From: Paraspadella gotoi
Lineage: Eukaryota > Animalia > Chaetognatha
Length of the DNA stretch: 7,056 nucleotides
Direction: 5' to 3'
Assembly: GCA_051294375.1 (NCBI GenBank)
Contig: JBJCIZ010000600.1
Coordinates: 1-7,056 of the forward strand
Numbering within the stretch: position 1 is the first letter of the stretch; the number at the start of each line of letters is the position of its first letter. This document shows positions 7,052-7,056 of the stretch, one piece after another. The notes below the pieces were generated by a model. It searched no databases and had not been told where the DNA came from. It saw only the letters and a program-made list of their open reading frames with translations. The translations under genes were made by a program, and so were the position numbers.

Positions 7052-7056
7052 TCGTC

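Overview
Animal (probably invertebrate) genomic DNA, mostly non-coding, AT-rich but visibly not CpG-depleted, and full of (CT)n/(GA)n microsatellites that generate nearly all of the listed ORFs. The one real coding feature is hidden from the ORF track. It is an internal + strand exon at 3385-3675 (CAG acceptor, GTAAGT donor) encoding the N-terminal half of a Tbx2/3 (omb-type) T-box DNA-binding domain, RMFP..YKVKISGL..LLM..DCRYKFH..GKA..EMPKRMYIHP.SPST..QWMSKSVSFHK.KLTNNIS.KH.F. The exon is broken by many small indels, mostly insertions, with few apparent amino-acid changes. This fits uncorrected long-read error better than a pseudogene. The flanks are inferred to be large introns carrying microsatellites, two minisatellites, palindromes, a GC-rich motif cluster and a degenerate TAACCC tract. 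I find no evidence for a prokaryotic or novel multi-gene system. The most interesting speculative items are a candidate ~60-nt cassette exon and paired GA/CT tracts around the T-box exon.
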